Part shown: positions 58,306-64,000 of the stretch, in pieces
Position numbering within the stretch: the first letter of the stretch is position 1
Layout of the letters: every line of letters starts with the position of its first letter
Assembly (NCBI GenBank): GCA_965218435.1
Contig: CBDCKW010000009.1
Span: forward strand, 416,001 to 480,000
Direction of reading: 5' to 3'
DNA length: 64,000 nucleotides
Source: Truepera sp.
GTDB lineage: Bacteria; Deinococcota; Deinococci; Deinococcales; Trueperaceae
Translations under genes and position numbers: made by a program
The notes under the pieces: model-generated
Told to the model about the DNA's origin: nothing
Database searches by the model: none
What the model saw: the letters and a program-made list of their open reading frames with translations, nothing else

Positions 58306-60283
58306 GTTTCAACCTCTGTATCTCCTCGGATGAGGGGTAAGCCACGCGGCGGTGAAGCACTGCCGTCAGCATCCGTTCGAAGGTGTTGGCGATTACCTCT
58401 AAGTCGTGAAAGTTCAGCGGGCTGTCGGCGAGTTGGTCGTCTTGCAGCCGCGCTTCAAACAGCCGGTCGATCATCGCCCGGATGCTCCCTTGCGTCGGGT
58501 CGGCGAGTGTTCTTGACGCCGACTCGACCGCGTCGGCGAGCATCAGCACGGCAGTTTCTTTCGTTCGGGGCCGAGGACCGGCGTAGCGAAAACTCAGTTC
58601 TTTCACGCTCTCGGAGCCCTCGAGCGCCCGTTTGTAAAAGTAGGCCAACACGGTGGTGCCGTGATGCTCTTGGACAAACGGCTCTAACGCGGCGGGCAAG
58701 CCGTACTCACGTAAAAGTTCCGCGCCGTCGCGGACGTGACTGGTAATAATTAAATACGACAGGTGCGGCGACACACGGTCGTGCGGGTTTTCCCCGGCAA
58801 ACTGATTCTCAGTGAAAAACTGCGGGCGTTTGAGTTTGCCGACGTCGTGGTAGAGCGCGCCGACGCGGGCCAACAGCGCGTCGCCGCCGATGTTGCTAAC
58901 CGCTTGGTCGACTAAGTTTGAGATAATCAGGCTGTGCTGATACGTGCCGGGCGCTTCTAATAGCAGCTTTTGTAACAGCGGATTCGACGGGCTCATCAGC
59001 TCTAACAGGCGAAACTCGGTTAAAAACCCGAAGTTGCTCTCGGCTAAAGGCAACGCCGCCAGTGCCAATATCCCACTCACGAGGCCGCCGCCTAAAATCC
59101 AGCTGCCTCCAGCCAGGGTCCCCATCGTTTCAAAACTCAGGGTTTCAAAGCCGCCGCTGAGCGCAGTAAATACGCCGAAACTCACGAGTCCCGTCACGCC
59201 GCCCAAAAGTCCAGCGACTAAGAGCGACGCCCGTGCGCCGAAACTTCTTGCCAGTAAGAGCGAGATAAGGCTCCCGCTCAGCACGACGAGCAGCGTAATA
59301 AGACCCGTCGCCGGGGTTAAAAAGGCGGTGATCACGGCCAGCCACACTGCCAGCACAAACGCCAGCCGTTCGCCGAAAAGCACGGCACCTAACAGCGGCA
59401 AAAAGGCGACGAAAAGCAGATGGCTGTCGGCGAGCAGCGCCAAACGCTGCGCGACGAGAGCCAGCGCCCACAACACGACCAAAAACGACATCTGCCCGAC
59501 GGTCGTACTCCGGCGGAGCGCGTAGTAAAAGTACAGCAGCGGCGCACTTAACAGGAGCGCCAACACCGTGCAGACGAGCCACAAGCGGACGCCCCGCCCT
59601 ATTCGCTCACTTGTTGAGTTATAGAGCCCGGTGTCCTCGAGCACGTTCAGACTGTTTTGTGTTAAGGGCTTGCCCTGCGCGACGATGACCTCACCGGCTG
59701 CGAGCGAGCGTAGCACCGGGATAACGCTCTCAGCTGCCGCCTCCCGCGCTGCTTCGGTCAGCCGGACGTTGGGTTCGGCGCTGGCGAGGAGGGTTTGCGT
59801 CAGCGTACGAGAGACACGGGGACGCTGCCCCTCGGGGGCGAGCGCAGCGGCCTCTTGCAGCAAAGTTTCTAAAGAGGGTGCCGTGACCCCCTCGGGGCGG
59901 TTATACGCCGTTTGCAAAAACCGTTTGACGCTCTGCGGGAGCCTGCTGCTGGCGACCTCCTCGAGCACCAAGTCTCGCAGCTCGGGTACTGAACTGTAGA
60001 TCGTTCCGACCTGACTCCGGGCTGCCTGCCGTTCCCGCGCCGTCGCTACTTCGTCTACCGCTGAAATCTGCTGCGGGGCTAAAAACGTCCGGGGGCTCAG
60101 CTGTCCGGCCCGGAGCGCCTCCGCCGGATAGAGCCCGTAAACACTGTAAAAAAGACAGGTCAGGGTTACGCAAAAAAGTGCGGCGGTTAAACCGAAACGC
60201 CGTTTTGACAGCTCGCGCCGCCGCCGGGGACCGAAGCGCAGCTCGAGCTTAGCGTTAGGTCTAAGGTCCCTGGAAGGTGTCAT
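58262..60283 (-). CDS. 7TM-HD phosphohydrolase (PgpH/YqfF-like)
   Basis: Extracellular domain, 7 TMs, APGTYQHS, YHDVGK, EHHGT, LADAVE. Confidence 0.92.
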   Translation of the reverse strand: MTPSRDLRPNAKLELRFGPRRRRELSKRRFGLTAALFCVTLTCLFYSVYGLYPAEALRAGQLSPRTFLAPQQISAVDEVATARERQAARSQVGTIYSSVPELRDLVLEEVASSRLPQSVKRFLQTAYNRPEGVTAPSLETLLQEAAALAPEGQRPRVSRTLTQTLLASAEPNVRLTEAAREAAAESVIPVLRSLAAGEVIVAQGKPLTQNSLNVLEDTGLYNSTSERIGRGVRLWLVCTVLALLLSAPLLYFYYALRRSTTVGQMSFLVVLWALALVAQRLALLADSHLLFVAFLPLLGAVLFGERLAFVLAVWLAVITAFLTPATGLITLLVVLSGSLISLLLARSFGARASLLVAGLLGGVTGLVSFGVFTALSGGFETLSFETMGTLAGGSWILGGGLVSGILALAALPLAESNFGFLTEFRLLELMSPSNPLLQKLLLEAPGTYQHSLIISNLVDQAVSNIGGDALLARVGALYHDVGKLKRPQFFTENQFAGENPHDRVSPHLSYLIITSHVRDGAELLREYGLPAALEPFVQEHHGTTVLAYFYKRALEGSESVKELSFRYAGPRPRTKETAVLMLADAVESASRTLADPTQGSIRAMIDRLFEARLQDDQLADSPLNFHDLEVIANTFERMLTAVLHRRVAYPSSEEIQRLKHDRDSRRSPALPLP

Positions 60284-61205
60284 ACGCTTTGACGATCCGC
60301 GCGACGAGTGGATGCCGCACCACGTCGCTTTCGTTAAAGTAGATAAAGTCAATACCTTCGATGTCTTTTAAGATGCGCTCACCGACCTTGAGGCCACTGG
60401 TGATATTTTGCGGCAGATCGGTCTGCGTAATGTCGCCGGTCACAACCACTCGGCTGTTAAAGCCCATCCGTGTTAAAAACATCTTCATCTGTTCGGGCGT
60501 GGTGTTTTGCGCCTCGTCCAAAATGATAAACGCGTCGTTGAGGGTGCGGCCCCGCATAAATGCCAGAGGCGCAACCTCGATGGTGCCGTTTTGAAAGAGT
60601 AGCTCGCCCTTGTCACCGTCTAACATGTCGTAGAGCGCGTCGTACAGGGGGCGCAAGTAAGGGTCAATTTTGGCCTGTAAATCGCCGGGTAAAAAGCCGA
60701 GCCTTTCCCCGGCTTCGACGGCGGGACGCGTCAAGACGATGCGTTTGACCCGTTTGTCTTTCAGTGCCTGCACCGCCATGGCGACCGCCAGATAGGTTTT
60801 GCCCGTTCCGGCCGGGCCTATTCCAAAGGTGATCTCACTATGTTCGATGGCTGAGACGTAGCGGCGTTGCCCCGCTGTTTTCGGGCGGGCGCGGCGTGGG
60901 AGACGTTCGGCTGCGCCTTGCGTGGACGGTTCGCTCGGAGCCGGGTTGCTCAGGGCTTCAGGGCTCAGATGGGTGAGTTCGGTTAAACTGAGCGTTTCGC
61001 CCCGCCGGATGCTACCCAAGAGTGAGGTAAAGGTGCGCTCCGCCTCGGCGACCGCGTGGTCATCGCCGGACAAGCGGAGTTCGTCCCCCCGGGCGACGAC
61101 TTTGGCGCTCAGTTTGTGCCGTAACATTTTGAGATTTTCATCGTTTTGCCCGAAGAGCAACATAGCTTCGGCGGGCGAGCGTAACTTCAGGGTCGACGTC
61201 GCGAT
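60261..61205 (-). CDS. phoH: PhoH-like ATPase (canonical ATG at 61163; probable ATC start at 61205)
   Basis: GPAGTGKT, RPAVEAGE, MRGRTL, DEAQN, VVRHPLV. Confidence 0.93.
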   Translation of the reverse strand: MATSTLKLRSPAEAMLLFGQNDENLKMLRHKLSAKVVARGDELRLSGDDHAVAEAERTFTSLLGSIRRGETLSLTELTHLSPEALSNPAPSEPSTQGAAERLPRRARPKTAGQRRYVSAIEHSEITFGIGPAGTGKTYLAVAMAVQALKDKRVKRIVLTRPAVEAGERLGFLPGDLQAKIDPYLRPLYDALYDMLDGDKGELLFQNGTIEVAPLAFMRGRTLNDAFIILDEAQNTTPEQMKMFLTRMGFNSRVVVTGDITQTDLPQNITSGLKVGERILKDIEGIDFIYFNESDVVRHPLVARIVKAYDTFQGP

Positions 61206-61843
61206 AGACGGGTCCTCCTAGTTTGAGAAAGCGGCGGCGAGAGAATCTGGTGCCAGACAAAGCCGGTCATCAGTGTAGGCTTGTCAAACCGCATTTTGTA
61301 CGAGCTAAGTGTAGCGCCTTTTGCACCCTCGACACGTTGTACGCGTAGGGGTGGTGCAGGATTTTGGGCTGAAGCCGCTCGGCGCACCGGGTTACGCACT
61401 TCGCGTGCCGGTATAGTCTCTAAACTGATGGGTTTGGGGCGATAATCCTCGAGGCTCGCAGTTGCCGGATTTGCAGGTGCCGGACGCTGCTGATTTGAAC
61501 CCTGGGGGCGGGGTGTAGGGCTCGAGACGAGGGGCCGAGTTGCTTGGGGTCTCTTGCCGGGTTGAGGCCCGGTCCTGCCTCTACCACGCCCAGTTTCATT
61601 TTGCTGCGCTTCGCGGACGCGGCGCTGCGCCTCCTCGAGCCAACGTGGGACATCGGGGTTGGCGCTGGTTTCTCCCGGTCTAGTGCTGGTGTCGGCGCGG
61701 TTTGGACCTTGTGGTCCCTGCTGGGGTCCTCGTGGCTTCCCGATTGTAGGGGGTTGTTGCCCCCGCAGCCGCTGCACGATGCTGCCGAGCGCGGGCAGCA
61801 CAAAAAACAAGATGATTAAGATCAGCTCAAAGGGAAAATTCAA
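61187..61843 (-). CDS. Hypothetical membrane-anchored low-complexity protein (positional YqfB equivalent)
   Basis: N-terminal TM, Pro/Gln/Arg-rich body, C-terminal VWHQILSPP. Follows floA. Confidence 0.75.
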   Translation of the reverse strand: MNFPFELILIILFFVLPALGSIVQRLRGQQPPTIGKPRGPQQGPQGPNRADTSTRPGETSANPDVPRWLEEAQRRVREAQQNETGRGRGRTGPQPGKRPQATRPLVSSPTPRPQGSNQQRPAPANPATASLEDYRPKPISLETIPAREVRNPVRRAASAQNPAPPLRVQRVEGAKGATLSSYKMRFDKPTLMTGFVWHQILSPPLSQTRRTRLSRRRP

Positions 61844-61846
61844 CCT

Positions 61847-62821
61847 TTAGCTCCCGTCGCCGTTATCGGTCGCGCGGGCGATGTTGCCGCGCATCTGCGT
61901 GTCGGACTGCAGGTTTTGCAGGTTGTAGTAGTCCATCACCCCGAAGTTGCCGCTACGGAACGCTTCGGCGAGTGCGCGTGGCACCTCGGCTTCGGATTCA
62001 ACGACTTTCGCGCGCATCTCTTCGACCTTGGCGCGGTTTTCTTGCTCAGAGGCGACCGCCATCGCGCGGCGTTCTTCGGCTTTCGCTTGTGCGACGCTCT
62101 TGTCCGCTTCGGCTTGGTCGGTTTGCAAGATCGCGCCGATGTTTTTACCGACGTCCACGTCGGCGATATCGATGGACAAAATTTCAAAGGCGGTGCCTGA
62201 GTCGAGACCTTTAGAAAGCACGGTCTTAGAGATCACGTCGGGATTTTCCAACACGGTTTTGTGGCTCAACGATGACCCGATCGACGAAACGATGCCCTCG
62301 CCGACGCGGGCGATGATGGTCTCTTCACCCGCACCCCCGACGAGGCGCTCTAAGTTTGCCCGTACGGTGACGCGCGCCGTTGAAATCAGCTGGATGCCGT
62401 CTTTGGCGACTGCTACTACCGACGGCGTTTGAATAACACGCGGGTTAACCGACACTTTTACAGCGTCCAGCACGTCACGACCGGCGAGGTCAATCGCGGC
62501 GGCGCGGTCAAACGGGAGGCCGATTTTGGCTTTGTCGGCAGCGATCAGCGCGTCAACGACCCTATCAACATTACCCCCGGCGAGGAAGTGGGCCTCGAGC
62601 AAATCCTGCGTCACGTCAATCCCGGCTTTGTCGGCTTTAATCAGCGGCAAGATGATGCGGTTGGGCGGCACTCGGCGGAGCCGCATCGCGACGAGGCTCG
62701 TTAGGCTTACCCTTACCCCCGCAGAAATCGCGGAAATCCATAGGCCAATCGGCACAAACGAAAGTAAGATGATAAAAAAGACGATGACGATAGCGGCGAT
62801 AATCAGTACAGTAAAATCCAC
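61847..62821 (-). CDS. floA: Flotillin-like protein FloA (YqfA)
   Basis: [31 protein letters not shown]. Confidence 0.95.
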   Translation of the reverse strand: MDFTVLIIAAIVIVFFIILLSFVPIGLWISAISAGVRVSLTSLVAMRLRRVPPNRIILPLIKADKAGIDVTQDLLEAHFLAGGNVDRVVDALIAADKAKIGLPFDRAAAIDLAGRDVLDAVKVSVNPRVIQTPSVVAVAKDGIQLISTARVTVRANLERLVGGAGEETIIARVGEGIVSSIGSSLSHKTVLENPDVISKTVLSKGLDSGTAFEILSIDIADVDVGKNIGAILQTDQAEADKSVAQAKAEERRAMAVASEQENRAKVEEMRAKVVESEAEVPRALAEAFRSGNFGVMDYYNLQNLQSDTQMRGNIARATDNGDGS

Positions 62822-62910
62822 AAAAAAGCTCCTTTGGAGTTACGGCTAACCAGCTGCTGGGGTTTCCTTTAGCGTAGCTAGATGATACAAGATAGGGGTG
62901 CTAGAAGAGG

Positions 62911-64000
62911 TCAGGCGCTTAAGTCGCGCACGGTAACACGGTTGCCTTCGACACGGATAACTTCGATACGGCTGGTACGGGCGATATAACCTCCCTCGGT
63001 GACGACGTCAACGCGCTGCTCACCGATCTGCACCGTTCCGGCCGGCCGCAAATCAGTGAGCGCGGTACCGGTCTGACCGAGCAGTGCTTGCGGGGAACTC
63101 TGCGCAAAAAGCTGTTCTTCTGGCGGCGCAGACGAGAGCCGCGCCGCCAGCGTGAGGGGACGCATCAGCCTCGAGTTGGGCAAAAGCCAGAGCGCCAGGC
63201 CGAACAGCGCCGCGCCGATCAGCGTCGTGTAGCTGAGCATGGTCAGCGTATTGCCCTGAAAAATCCGGGCGATACCCCACGCTAAGGTAGCAAAGCCCAC
63301 TACCCCGGCGACGCCGAAACCGGGGATGACAAAGAGCTCGAGCGCCACTAACACTACGCCGCCCAAAATGAGCGCCACGTCAACGATTCCCGGCGGACTC
63401 GCCGCAAACGACCCGGCGAAAAACAGCAGCAGCGCGACGATCCCGACGCCGCCCGGAATCCCAAACCCCGGCGTAAAGATTTCAATCGCAACGCCGATAA
63501 CGCCGACCGCGAGCAGCACCGCAGCTAGCAGCGGATTGGTCAGGGCTCCGGCAAACCGCTCCCACGGGCTGGGCTCGAGCGTTTCTAAGGCCACATCGCC
63601 GTAACCGAGTCCGTCTAACGCCCCCCGCAAACTGTCGGCTTGTGAGTTAGCAATCTTGTACTCGACCGCTTGCGCGGCGGTGAGCGTGATAAGTTCTTTG
63701 TTCGTTGACAGCCCCGGAATCTCGGTACGCTCCGAGACCATCCCCTCCGCGACGCGGGCGTTACGGTTTCGCGCCTCGGCGACACTCCGAAACTGTCCGC
63801 GCCACGCCGAATTGATCTTCTCCGAGGCCGTCTCGCCGGTAATGCCGTTGATCGCCGTAGCTGCGCCGATGGTGCCGCCGGGGAGCATGGCAAGCTGTTC
63901 GGCGCTCATGGCAATCAGTGCCCCCGCGCTCAGCGCCTGATTTGCCACGGCAATGGTCGGGACGCCCGCATTCAAAATGCTGTTGGCAATCTCCTCGGCG
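62911..64000 (-). CDS. NfeD family membrane-bound serine protease (5' end outside window)
   Basis: ALSAGALI, EIFTPGFG, LTDLRPAG. Frame open to the window edge. Precedes floA. Confidence 0.92.
   Translation of the reverse strand, partial: AEEIANSILNAGVPTIAVANQALSAGALIAMSAEQLAMLPGGTIGAATAINGITGETASEKINSAWRGQFRSVAEARNRNARVAEGMVSERTEIPGLSTNKELITLTAAQAVEYKIANSQADSLRGALDGLGYGDVALETLEPSPWERFAGALTNPLLAAVLLAVGVIGVAIEIFTPGFGIPGGVGIVALLLFFAGSFAASPPGIVDVALILGGVVLVALELFVIPGFGVAGVVGFATLAWGIARIFQGNTLTMLSYTTLIGAALFGLALWLLPNSRLMRPLTLAARLSSAPPEEQLFAQSSPQALLGQTGTALTDLRPAGTVQIGEQRVDVVTEGGYIARTSRIEVIRVEGNRVTVRDLSA

Overview
Bacterial chromosomal window, most likely Deinococcota (Truepera-like). This is inferred from the gene content, pervasive leaderless TANNNT-N5-7-start promoters and abundant CTCGAG sites. 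Bases ~1100-11700 form an accessory region. It holds two paralogous MFS exporters, an orphan membrane protein, a small lipoprotein, a SARP/BTAD-NB-ARC-TPR (AfsR-like) regulator, an orphan ORF and an IS200-type tnpA element. Flanking the regulator are two homologous arrays of unannotated micro-ORFs: four 19-aa ETPSS peptides and one 11-aa peptide, all ending in hydrophobic-Arg-x-x. Each micro-ORF has its own Shine-Dalgarno site, and the arrays sit behind promoters carrying 11-bp-periodic direct repeats of the SARP-box type. This is the best candidate for an undescribed system. The rest of the window carries a myo-inositol catabolic/ABC cluster (with a DnaA-box cluster inside the iolB 5' end and inserted genes), moaD-moaE fusion, hrcA, guaA, mrp, a Val T-box followed by a methyltransferase and valS, an unexplained 245-bp element with 16-bp terminal inverted repeats, an S8 lipoprotease pair, and the nfeD-floA-phoH-HD-ybeY-dgkA operon. 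All calls are by eye; no database searches were run.
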